64,000 nt of DNA from the human T2T-CHM13v2.0 reference genome, Homo sapiens: assembly GCF_009914755.1 (NCBI RefSeq), contig NC_060926.1. One strand, 5' to 3'. Shown in pieces: positions 36,134-54,773 of this stretch. A model generated the notes under the pieces. That model did no database searches. It worked only from the letters and a program-made list of their open reading frames with translations, and was not told the origin of the DNA. A program made the position numbers and the translations under genes. How positions within the stretch are numbered: the first letter of the stretch is position 1; every line of letters starts with the position of its first letter.

Positions 36134-36430
36134 GCCTGGGGGGCGCGGTGGCTCACGCCTGTGATCCCAGAACTTTGAGAGGCCGAGGCAGGTGGATCAC
36201 CAGTGGTCAGGCGTTCGAGACCAGCCTGACCAACATGGTGAAACGCCGCCTCCATTAAAAATACAAAAATTAGCCAGGCATGGTGGTGCACACCTGTAGT
36301 CCCAGGTACTCAGGAGGCTGAGGCAGGAGAATCGCTTGAACCCAGGAGGCGGAGGTTGGCAGTGAGCCGAGATCACGCCATTGCACTCCAGCCTGGGTGA
36401 CAGAGCGAGTCTCTGTCAAAAAAAAAAAAG
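36134..36430 (+). mobile_element. AluS
   Basis: Dimer; TSD aagctagatttag/gagctacgtttag. Confidence 0.92.
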
Positions 36431-36540
36431 AGCTACGTTTAGAAGGGGGCTTCCTAGCTCATTTGATCCAGTTCTTTTATTTTACAGATGAAGAAAAACA
36501 GGTGGAAGGAAAGGGATGACTTGTCCAAAGTCTGCCAATC

Positions 36541-37011
36541 TGATATGGTTTGGCTGTGTCCCCATCCAAACCTCATCTTGAATTCCCACATGTTGTGGAA
36601 GGGACCTGGTGGGAGGTCATTGAATCATGGGGGCAAGTCCTTCCTAATAGTGGGGACAAGATGGGGATAAGATAGATGGGGGCAAGCTGTTCTCCTGATA
36701 GTGAATAAGTCTCATGAGACGAATCACACTTTTATTCTTGGTCCTGATTTTCCAGATTCAGCTGTTTCTTTGATAGTGAGTAAGTCTCATAAGATCTGAT
36801 GGTTTTAAAAAGCGGCATTTCTCTGTACAAGCTCTCTGATTTTTTGCCTGCCACCATCCACATAAGATGTGACTTGTTCCTCCTTTTCTTCTGCCATGAT
36901 TGTGAGGTTTCCCCAGCCATGTGAAACTGTAAGTCCAATTAAACCTCTTTCTTTTGTAAGTTGCTCAGTCTTGGGTATGTCTTTATCAATAGCATGAAAA
37001 CGGACTAATAG
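36541..37011 (+). mobile_element. THE1 (B/C-like) solo LTR carrying extra inserted sequence, inserted into a MIR relic
   Basis: tgatatggtttggctgtgtcccc...gcatgaaaacggactaata; upstream ttttacagatgaagaaaa..gacttgtccaa is MIR-like. Confidence 0.88.
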
Positions 37012-38351
37012 ACAACCCCAAATTGACAGCTGAAAACCAGAGCTCAACTCTCTCAGCTCAGATATCTCCCTGCTACACCAAGCAACCGCTCATTCATAGC
37101 ACTCATAGGTGAGACATTGGGCAAAGTTTGCTTTTTCCCTCTGCTATGCAACAGCACCATCATTCCACGGTAAACACAAAGTGACTGGATGCTAAGGGAG
37201 TTGGCTCTCCTGTCCCAAAGTACCAGCAAAACGGAAACTTCAGACCATAGGACTGTGGCAGTCAGTGTGCTGTCCACTCTGACCATTGGAACAGGTGTTG
37301 TCAGACAAGCCTGAAGCTGTATCCTGTACCCGCTAAGAGGGAGGACCGCGGGCAGTTTCCAGGGTGAATCACACTTTTACTCTTGGCCCTGATTTTCTAG
37401 ATTCAGCTGCTTCTTTGATAAAGCTCAACCTCTAAATCCCTTTGCCCCAGCCCGGGGCGCAATTGGATCCCCTTTGGACAGGTAACAGAAGAATTTACCA
37501 TGCCTGTGCAATATTGTAGCATTTTGTAGTCCCCAAACCCCAATGGTTCAGCATGGGGGAAATAAAAATGATTCTGGGAAATCCTGAGGTTGAGCTCCTG
37601 AGGCTGCCCAGCAGATTATGGAAGAATCCAGGAATGGAACAGCTACATGAAAGTATCGGACAATTCAGTGATGTGCCCCATTAACAGACTGAAGAGTGCA
37701 TTATCCACAGTGTTTCTGCTGAGAAAGTTCAATGTGCTATTCAATTGTGATCATCTCAGAGTATTTCCGTCTTATTTACCACCCATGATCTATTATAATG
37801 GCTTGAAGCATAGTGACACGCATAGAGTGGTCACTATATTAAAATAAATCAGAAATCAGATGTATTAATCATATGAAAAAACTGATCACCTGGCATAAAA
37901 CCAATTCTATACATGCACATTTCCACTTAATATCCAAAAAAACTGAACAAAACTAGATGTTTGGCATTTGAGGAGCTCTGGGAGAGGAGAAGAACCAGCC
38001 TTGGGCATTGGATTAAGGACGGTTTCTATAGAAATGTAAAACTATCAGGCACTTGGAGAGGTTTTGCTTTAAAAAAATAAAAGAAAAACTTCCTTGATTT
38101 GTCACCACAAGGGGGTGAATTTTCATTCAAAGAAGGCTGTGGCACAGTCCTTATCAGAGATAGCTGGTCAGGGCAACTCCAGCTGTGGGTACCCTCAGCT
38201 GGTGAATATTTGGCATCCCTCCAAACTGACATTTTTAAAATATTTTTTCAATATTTTCTTTGTGGGGACAGAAAGAACAGATTGTCTAGTAAGAAAAACT
38301 GTACACCTCTTTCTTTATATTCAAAATAAAGGATTTATTGTATTACATGAC

Positions 38352-38699
38352 TGTGAAAGACAAAATGCACTGGACAATTAAGGAGATGATTTTATTTAGG
38401 CTGTTGCAAGATGGAGTCACTCATTAATGAGGAATGCCTCAATGTGGACAAGGGGTCTGAGTTTTCTAAAGGCAGGTAGCCCCGAGAGTAATCCACGAGG
38501 CCCACAGCATTAGGAGAAGCAGTGGACAGCAAGTCTTATCTAAGCATATGGGGCAGGACTGTTCTTGGTGATTAGGGTTGGCACTTTACTGGAACACAAA
38601 AGCGTGGGGGCATTTCAGAAAACAAACAAACGGGTGGGGGACTTGTCACCGTTGCCCTTTTCCACGAGCATGGGTCTCAGATAATGGTCAACATTGTCC
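38352..38699 (-). mobile_element. Old ERV1 LTR (MER90/MER92-like)
   Basis: Ends ttttccacgagcatgggtctcagataatggtcaacattgtc, resembling the reverse of a tgacaatgttgaactttacctgagccc start. Confidence 0.45.
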
Positions 38700-38781
38700 G
38701 GCTCTAAATGACGACGTTTGCATTTTTTAGAATTGTCTTTCATGTCACCATTTTTCTGCGATTTATTGCTGAACAGTATAG

Positions 38782-39164
<383 letters not shown>

Positions 39165-39646
39165 TTTCTTTTTTTTTTTTTTTTCCAGACAAGTTCTCGC
39201 TCTGTCGCCCAGAGTGGAGTGCAGTGGAGCAATCAAGGCTCACTGAAGTCTCAGCCTCCTAGACTCAAGTGATCCTCCCCTGCTACAGCCTGCCTCCTGA
39301 GTAGCTGGGATCACAGGAGTGCACCACCATACCCAGCTAATTTTTAAATTTTTTTTGTAGAGATGGGGTCTTGCCATTGCTCAGGATGGCCTCCAATCCC
39401 TGGGCTCAAGCAGTCCTCCCACCTCAGCCTCCCAAAGTGCTGGAATTATAGGCATGAGCTGCCGTATCCAGCCTGAAATTTTATTTTCATTTTTAGAGAT
39501 GTAGTCCTGCTATGTTGCCAGGCTGGTCTTGAACTCTTGGCCTCAAGCAATCCTCCCACCTTGGCCTCCCAAAGTGCTGGGATTACAGGCATAAATCATT
39601 AAAGTCATTAGAATAAATGGGGGTGCCGGAGCCACTGCGCCTGGCC
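39165..39646 (-). mobile_element. AluJ (39165-39473) followed by FLAM (39480-39646) with an internal insertion
   Basis: Reverse Alu bodies. Confidence 0.85.
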
Positions 39647-39674
39647 CCCATTTATTCTAACAATTTTAAAAATT

Positions 39675-41385
<1,711 letters not shown>

Positions 41386-41485
41386 CCACTTGGAGCTTAG
41401 TGCCACAGTGTCAGCTGCCCAACACTTGCCTTGAGCTGGTTCAGTCTAGGGCCTTGAAGGCTTTGGAAAACACTAATATGCAATG

Positions 41486-42070
<585 letters not shown>

Positions 42071-42170
42071 GTCTCTGAGAAGTTCTGCAATAAATAAACA
42101 AGTTGAAACCAATGTTTCTCAAATTATTGAGCAAGACACTATTACAAACAAGGAACTTAACGCTTTTTGA

Positions 42171-42639
<469 letters not shown>

Positions 42640-43939
42640 TAGATGCAATGTGGTCTCTTTGTGTGCTTAGAAGGAAAAGATTTAGTGACACATAGGGTAG
42701 TCCCAGCTATACATGCTCTTGGGCACAATCTGTGGCTGCCTTGTATGGCTTCAGAATAGGCATGCATGCTGATTGACATCACATAGAGAAGCTCCCAAGA
42801 ACATGGTGACCTTTTCTCCTGGATGCCTCCTGGTGGGAGTGCTGGAAGCCAGGGAGAATACTGTTTATTCTGACCTTGCACTTACCTTGCCATCAATAAC
42901 ATGTATTTCTGCAAAAAACAGAGAAACATTTGGAAAATGACATGCCAAAACATTTTACATTTTTATTTCATCAAAGACGAAATTGGACAGGAGCAATTGA
43001 GTGTATGGCTTTAGATGGTACCACTGAAAATCATGCCAGTGGAATACTAATGTGAGAATACAGCTCTATATCTGTGCAGACCAGAAAAAACTCTGAAAAA
43101 ATGGAAACAGCTGATGCATTAACAGGACTAACCTATATCAGTTATTATTGAGTGTCTGGACATGCAATAAAAATAAAAAGGGGGAAAAAAGTAATGTTAG
43201 TGGTAATACTTAATGTTTTCCCAGAAAGAAAAATAGGTCTTGGTGTGGTTTGTACATTAGGAAACACTATGTGAGCTGCATTCTAATGACATACAGCAAT
43301 AGCCCTGAAAGACACATTAGTATTTTACACCCAAAATCAATCCCTACTGAGCGCATAGGATTACTATTATGCTTCATTAACGTTTATTTGAAGCTTTTCA
43401 ACATCAAGTGGGGTTGCGAAGGACAATAAGAGCCACTGGGAATGTAACGCTGAAAAAGAAAGAGAGAAATAGATGATAAAAATGGTTAGAAAGGGTCCTG
43501 TGTGTGCATGGATGTGAGGTGCTTGGGAGGGTCCCCAGGTGGGGAACAGGCCAGGGGCAGGCAGGACTCCAGCTGGTCTGGCGTCCTCTCTGACGTTTTC
43601 TCTCCGGCATTCTCCTGACTTCTGGCCTGGGCTGCAACCTGTCAAAGGTGGCTGCCCACGGAGGCACCCCAAAGGAGGGCTGCTCTCAACCCCCAGACAT
43701 GAGGGAAAGCTTGTTTGGCATGCTCAAGAGCACTCACATTGGAGCAGAAACTTGCTCTGCTGCTTTGGGACTTGGAACAAGTCACTTTCCCTCCTAGCAG
43801 GGCCTGCCTCCTCCCCTGGAACCGTGGGCTGCCTCTGCACCCCTCCCAGGGTTATAGCCAGTGCTGGGCATGATTGCATGGGGAGGGCTTCCATGATTAG
43901 TGAAGACAGAATGGAAAACCTTAGGAAACTCAAGACCTA

Positions 43940-44197
<258 letters not shown>

Positions 44198-44265
44198 TCA
44201 TATACGCAGATTAGAACTGACAAATGCTGGGGAGAGATAAGACTTTAAATATATTTTTTAATTAA

Positions 44266-44746
<481 letters not shown>

Positions 44747-45121
44747 GGTTTGCTGAATATTTCATTAGACCTTTTTCTCTGCACAGCAGGGGAGGGGAAG
44801 AGTGTGCATGTGAGGGAGGGGATTGAGGGCTCAAAAGGAAGACCATGGAAGCAGGGAAGCAGGTGGAGCCTTCACACCTGCCCAGCTTAGGGGGCCAGAG
44901 TGCCTTTGTGGAGAAAAACCCAGGATTCCTTAGGGTTCATAGTAAATGAGCCCTAATAGAGAGTAATTTTCCACTAAAAATCATTGACTCATACATTTTA
45001 AATAGGTGAATTGTACGGTGTATGAATTTTGTCTCAATAAAGCTGTTTTTGTTTGTTTGTTTTAAGAAAAAGGATTTTAAACCAAGTGAGGTTTCAGATG
45101 GTAAAAAGAGAAGAAACACTC

Positions 45122-45437
45122 TTTTATTTATTTATAATTTATTTTTTGAGATAGAGTCTTGCTGTGTTGCCCAGGCTGGAGTGCAGTGGCACCATCATAG
45201 CTCATTGTAACCTCGAACTCCTGTGCTCAAGCTATGTTCCTGCCTCAGCCTCCCATTCCTGTGCACCTCCCAAGTGCACAGGCTTGCACCACCACACCCG
45301 GCTAAGTTTTAAACTTTTTGTAGAGACAGAGTCTTACTGTGTTGCCCAGGCTGGTCTCAAATTTCTGGCCTCAAGCAATCCTCCCACCTTGGTCTCCCAA
45401 AGTGATGAGATTATTGGTGTGAGCCACTGCACCTAGT
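45122..45437 (-). mobile_element. AluJ
   Basis: Reverse dimer. Confidence 0.9.
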
Positions 45438-45686
45438 CTAAGAACCCCCCCCTTTAAAACCCAGATACAGGCTGACAATTTTCAAAGCTTATATATTTAC
45501 TATTTTGAATAGGATATTACTTTTTTAATGAAAAAAATTTAAATAGTACAGGAGAGAATGCATTGAAAAGAGAGGCTCCCCGGACCTCTGTCCCCCAGTG
45601 GAGAGGCAATGGCAGTACAATGGATTTCTGGTGTATCTGTGGTATTTGTTCAGCGATCCTATAAATGGACATACACATAGAGTTAG

Positions 45687-46085
<399 letters not shown>

Positions 46086-46516
46086 TATATTCTTGATTTC
46101 TTAGCCTGGGGGACGGGCATGTAGGTGCTTATTATAGTAATGCTTACAATTTTTCATATGCCTAAGCAAATTTCTTTTAAGAGAAAAAGATTAGAAATAG
46201 CTAAAATTCATTCAAAAAGATAACTTCACATACCATAGATTTCCTTCATCAGATTAGCTCCAAGGGGTATTTTATATATTGGAAGAAGTTACATAGCTGT
46301 TACTTATAGTTGATACTCTGTTTTTGCTTGATTTTAAAATGAAAGTAAGGGAAACGATGGTTTCCGGGCCTGATGAGCTCCGGGCCTGGGGTTTAAGACT
46401 TGGCTGGTGCATCGGATCAGTTTCTGATGCCATCTAGTGTTAATGACATGCAATCTTTGGGAGCAGCCTCCAGGACTCAGCCTTGGAAACTCCTTAGAGA
46501 TCAGAAAAGTACTGAT

Positions 46517-46812
46517 GGGTAGGGTGCGGTGGCTCATGCCTGTAGTCCCAGCACTTTGGGAGGCTGAGGCGGGCGGATCGCCTGAGGTCAGGAGTTCGAG
46601 ACCAGCCTGGCCAAAATGGCAAAACCCCATCTCCACTAAAAATACAAAAATTGCCTGGGTGCGGTGGCTCATGCCTGTAATGCTAGCATTTTGGGAGACT
46701 CACACGGGTGGATTGCCTGAGTTCAGGAATTTGAGACCAGCCATGGGCAACATGGTGAAACCCTGTCTCTAGGAAAATACAAAAAATTAGCTGGCCATGG
46801 AGGCATGTGCCA
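46517..46812 (+). mobile_element. Two tandem Alu left arms, no right arm
   Basis: gggtgcggtggctcatgcctgta twice (~46522, ~46657); Alu sequence stops at gcatgtgcc. Confidence 0.8.
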
Positions 46813-46849
46813 TGTTATAGAGACTATTGGGGTGGCTATTTTTCTTGAG

Positions 46850-47150
46850 ACCAGAAACTTCCTGGGAGCAGCTGGGCATGAAAGGACAACACGGAACCAG
46901 CTGTCCTTGCAGAGGAAATAGCACGCGCAAAGGCCCCAAGGCTGGAGGAGGTTTGGCCTGTCTAAAGAACTGCAGAAAGGCCGAGGTGAGCAGAGCATGG
47001 GGGAAAGGAACAAGTGATGCCACACAAGGTCAGAGAGTTGGGCAGGGGCAGGGTCATTTGGACTTTGTAAACTACAAAAAGGAGTTAGGATTTTATACCA
47101 GCTGTACCAAGAAGCCACTGGGCTTTTAAGCAGGGTAGTAAATGATCTGT
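46850..47150 (-). mobile_element. L2 fragment (probably continuing at ~48855-48960)
   Basis: gcagaggaaatagcacgcgcaaaggccc...gaagccactgggcttttaagcaggg. Confidence 0.65.
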
Positions 47151-47339
47151 AAGTCTAAAATAGGGGGAACACTAGCACTCACTAAAGCAAAATAATTTCA
47201 TGTATCTTAAAATTGAAGTTTTTCGTCAGATTTTTCTAAAGGGTATCTTATTCAAGATTGTCTCAACAGGTAGACATTAGGTGCATGTTGATTTGCATGT
47301 TGATTGTTTATTAAGGGTGAGTACTCTGTTAGATTTTTA

Positions 47340-47660
<321 letters not shown>

Positions 47661-47674
47661 ACAATTTGCAATTT

Positions 47675-48782
<1,108 letters not shown>

Positions 48783-49259
48783 AGTGAATCCTTTACCGCA
48801 TAATTGTGATCATACATTTTATGTTAAAAAAGCTTTATCATTTGTCCCATTTATGTTTTCTCAAAGGTCACTCTGGCTATTATGTGGAAAACGGAAGCAA
48901 GAGTGGAATCGGGAACACCAGGGAGGAGGTGCTGCAGTTATCTGGGAGACGACTGATGATAATATTATCCTTGAGGCTGTCAGCCATTGCTATGTGCCAG
49001 ACACTGTGACAAGCGCTATACATGAAATATCACATTTAAGCATGCATGGCTTCTTGGAGGACATGGCATCTAATTTTCTCACCTTAGAAATAAACAGAAG
49101 GCCAGAGAAGACACGCTCAAAGACATGCTCGAAGCTAGCTGAAGGCAGAGGCTGCTCAAAAGCTCAAGCCCTCTCCCTTGCTGCCCTCTCTACAAAGCTA
49201 ACAGTGTCTCCCAATGGTCCAGATACTGGCACTCCAGAGAAATCTACCTTTAAAACACA

Positions 49260-52200
49260 AACTTTAAAAAACAGATACATAATTGTACACATTTATGAAG
49301 TACATGCAATATTTTGATGCAAGCATACAATAAGTAATGGTCAAATCAGGGTAATTAGGATATCCACCTCCTCAAACATTTAGCATTTCTTTGTGTTGGG
49401 AACATTCCAAATCTTACCTTCTAGGTATTTTGAAATATACATTAAATTATTGTTAACTAGTCATCGTGCTGTGCTATCAAATGTTAAAATGGATTCCTTC
49501 TAACTGTATGTTTATACCCATTAACCAACCTCTCTTCATCTGTGCCCTCTTCCTAGCCTCTGGTAATCATTATTCTACTTTCTACCTCCATGAGATCAAT
49601 TTTTTAAGTTCCCACATATGAGTGAGAACATGCAATATTTGTCTTTCTGTGCCTGGTTTATTTCACTTAACATAATGACCCCCAGTTCCATCTATATTGC
49701 TGCAAATGACAGGATATCCCTTTTTATGGCTGAATAATATTCCACTGTGTGTTAAGTACCACATTTTCTTTATCCATTCTTCTGTCGATGGACACTTCAG
49801 TTGATTCCACATCTTGGCTATTGTGATGTTTGCTGCAATACACACGGGAGTGCAGCTATTTCTTCCACATAGTGATTTCCTTTCTTTTGGATATATACAC
49901 ACAGCCGTAGGATTGCTGGATCGTATGGTAGCTCTATTTTCAGTGTTTTGAGGAACCTTCAGACTGCTTTCCATAGTGGTTGCACTAAATATACATTCCT
50001 CTCAACAGTGTACCACTGTTATCCTTCTTCCGCAGCCTTGCCATTATCTGCTATTTTTTGTCATTTTGATAACAGACATTTTAACTAAGGTGAGATAGTA
50101 TCTCATTGTGGTTTTGACTTGCATTTCCCTGATAATTAGTGATGTTGAGCATTTTTTCATATACCTGTTGGCCATTTGTATATCTTCTTTTGATAAATGT
50201 CTATTCAAACTTTTAAATCCAATTATTTGACCTTTTGCCATTGAGTTATTTGAGTTCCTTATATATTCTGGCATATAACAATGGTTTGCATAACCCCTTG
50301 TTAGATGCATAGTTTGCAAACATTTTCTCCCTTTCTGTAAGTTGTCTTTTCACTCTGTTGATTATTTTCTTTGCTGTGCAGAAGCTTTTTAGCTTGATGT
50401 AATCCCATTGATCTATTTTCGCTTTGGTTGCCTGTGCTTTCGAGTTCTTCTCCATAAAATCTTTGCTCAGATTAATGTCCTAAGGTGGTTCCTCTACGGT
50501 GTTTTTTTAGTGGTTTTATAGTTTCAAGTCTTACATATCAGTCTTTAATCCATTTTGATTTGATTTTTGTACATGGTGAGAGAGAGGGGGGTCTAATTTT
50601 ATTCTTCTGCATATGGATATTCAGTTTTTCCAGCATCGTTTATTGAAGATACTCTTCTTTCCCAAGTATATGTTCTCAGAGCCTTTGTCAAAAATGAGTT
50701 GGCTGTAAATGTGTGAATTTAGTTCTGGGTTCTCTATTCTATTCCATTTGGTTATGTGTCATGGTTTTATACACAAGCCATACTGTTTTGGTTATTATAG
50801 CATTGTAGTATATTTTGAAGTCAGGGAGTCTGATGCCTTCAGCTTTGTTTGGTTATGGGTTACTGCAGAGAAAGAACATAGAGGGAAGCAGAAGGAAGAG
50901 GCACACAAGCCCAAGGGACAGCAGGCCCAAGGGACGGCAATCCTTTTTGCTCAGGATTGCTTTGGCTATTTGGTGTCTTTTGTGGTTCCATAAAAATTTT
51001 GGGATTTTATTTTTTATTTCTGTGAAGAATGGCATTGGTATTTTGACAGGGAGCATATTGAATCTGTAGATTGCATGGACACCATGGGTACCATGGACAG
51101 TTTAACAATATTCTTTCAACCCATGAGCATGGGCTTTCCATTTTTGTGTGTATGTGTCTGATATTGTTTGGCTGTGTTCCCCACCCAAATCTCATCTTGA
51201 ATTGTAGCTCCTATAATTCCCATGTGTTCAGGGAGGGACCCAGTGGGAGATAACTGAATCATGGGGGGTAGTTTTCCCTGCACTGTTCTCATGGTAGTGA
51301 ATAAGTCTCACGAGATCTGATGGTTTTATAAGGGGAAACCCCTTTTGCTTGGTTCTCATTCTCTTACCTGCCGCCATGTAAGACATGCCTTTCGCCTTCC
51401 ACCATGATTGTGAGGCCTCCTCAGCCACGTGGAACTGTGAGTTCATTATATTTCTTTTTCTTTATAAATTACCCAGTCTCGGGTATGTCTTTATCAGCAG
51501 CATGAAAATGGGCTAATACAGTGTCCTCTTTAACTTCTTCCATCAGTGTTTTATATTTTTCACTGTAGAGATATTTTACTTATTTGATTATATTTCTTTC
51601 TAGGTATTTTTTGTAGCTACCTACATGTGATTGGTCTATTTTTCAGATTGTTTGCTGTTAATTTATAGAAATGCAATGATTTTTGTATGTTGATTTTGTA
51701 TCCCACAACTTTACTAAATTTGTTTATCAGTTCTAGCGGACTGTTGGTAGAGTTTTTCTAAATACAAGATCATGTCATCTGCAACAAGGATAATTTGATT
51801 TTTCCTTCCCTATTTGGATGCCCTTTATTTTAACTTTTTCTTGCCTAGTTGCCCTGGCTAGGATTTCTAGTATTATGTTGAATAAAAGTAGGCATACTTG
51901 CCTTGTTCCAGATCTTAGAGGAAAGGCTTTCCGTTTTTTTCCCCATTCAGTATAACTCATACATTTGTCATACATGGTCCTTGTGTTTTGACAATGTTCC
52001 TTCTATACCCAGTTTGTTGAGAATTTTTATCATGAAGGGAGGTTGAATTTTTTCAAATGCTTTTTACCATCTATTGAAATGATCATATGGTTTTTATTTG
52101 TGATTCTGTTAATGTAAGTCGTCATGTTTATTGGTTTGTATATGTTGAATCATCCTTGTATCCCTGGGATGAGTCCCACTTAATCATGGTAAATGATCTT

Positions 52201-52446
52201 TTTAGTGGGTGTTGAATTCGGTTTTCTAGTATTTTGTTGAGGATTTTTACATCTATGTTCATCAGAGATACTGGCCTCTAATTTTCTTTATTTTTGTGTG
52301 TCCCTGTCTGGTTTGGTATTTGGGTAGCGCTAGCCTCATAAAATTAATTTAGAAGTACTCCTTCCTCTTTGATTTTTTGAAGAGTTGGTGTTAGTTCTTT
52401 AAGTGTTTGGTAGAATTCAGCAGTGACACTGCTGAAACCAAGTCCT
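49260..52446 (-). mobile_element. L1MA-like 3' fragment (~3 kb, decayed ORF2 3' part plus UTR)
   Basis: Minus-strand ORF2 remnants [58 protein letters not shown]. Confidence 0.92.
51159..51520 (+). mobile_element. THE1B-like solo LTR
   Basis: Complete LTR; perfect 5-bp TSD gtgtc. Confidence 0.93.
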
Positions 52447-52452
52447 GGGTTT

Positions 52453-52809
<357 letters not shown>

Positions 52810-53017
52810 TGATGGTCATGCTAAACTGTTAAGTTACTATGAAGTTTAGCAATACACAGAAGTGCTGATAAATATTGGTCATTTTGCATATCATATTTTG
52901 AACTAAGGCTGTTATTTATAGCAATAATCTTCAAAATAGGCCTAATCACCAAAAGAGGTCTAAGCACCAAAATAGGGCCTAAAATTATTCGATGAAATCC
53001 ATGGCTTAAGTACTATA

Positions 53018-53705
<688 letters not shown>

Positions 53706-53754
53706 CTATAACTTCTATAATACCCTGTAACTTTTCATTTATATTTATTTTTAT

Positions 53755-53975
53755 ATCATTTATTAAAGATGGATTCTTACTCTGTCACCCAAGCTGAAAT
53801 GCAGTGACACAATCATAGCTCACTGCAGCCTGGAGCTCCTGGGCTCAGATGATCCTCCCACCTCAGTCTCCCAAGTAGCTAGGACTACAGGCATGCACCA
53901 CCATGCCTGGCTAATTTTTAAAAGTATTTTGTAGACACGGGGGGGGGGGGGGGTCTTGCTATGTTGCCCCAGCTG
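53755..53975 (-). mobile_element. 5'-truncated AluJ containing a G15 run (53939-53953)
   Basis: Reverse right arm plus part of the left arm. Confidence 0.85.
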
Positions 53976-54079
53976 TATATCATTTGTAATTTATATTTTT
54001 GTATATTTTTATGCTGTACTTAATAAATTAGCATAATAATATACACATTTATATAAGTATGTATATATGTGTGTATAAA

Positions 54080-54773
<694 letters not shown>

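Noticed and set aside
48784-49317. Longest ORF (177 aa)
   Set aside because: It has a non-ATG start, spans L2/MIR-like relics and the L1 end, and shows no recognisable domain.
49663-51975. L1 ORF2-like peptides
   Set aside because: Fragmented, 5'-truncated old L1; not functional.
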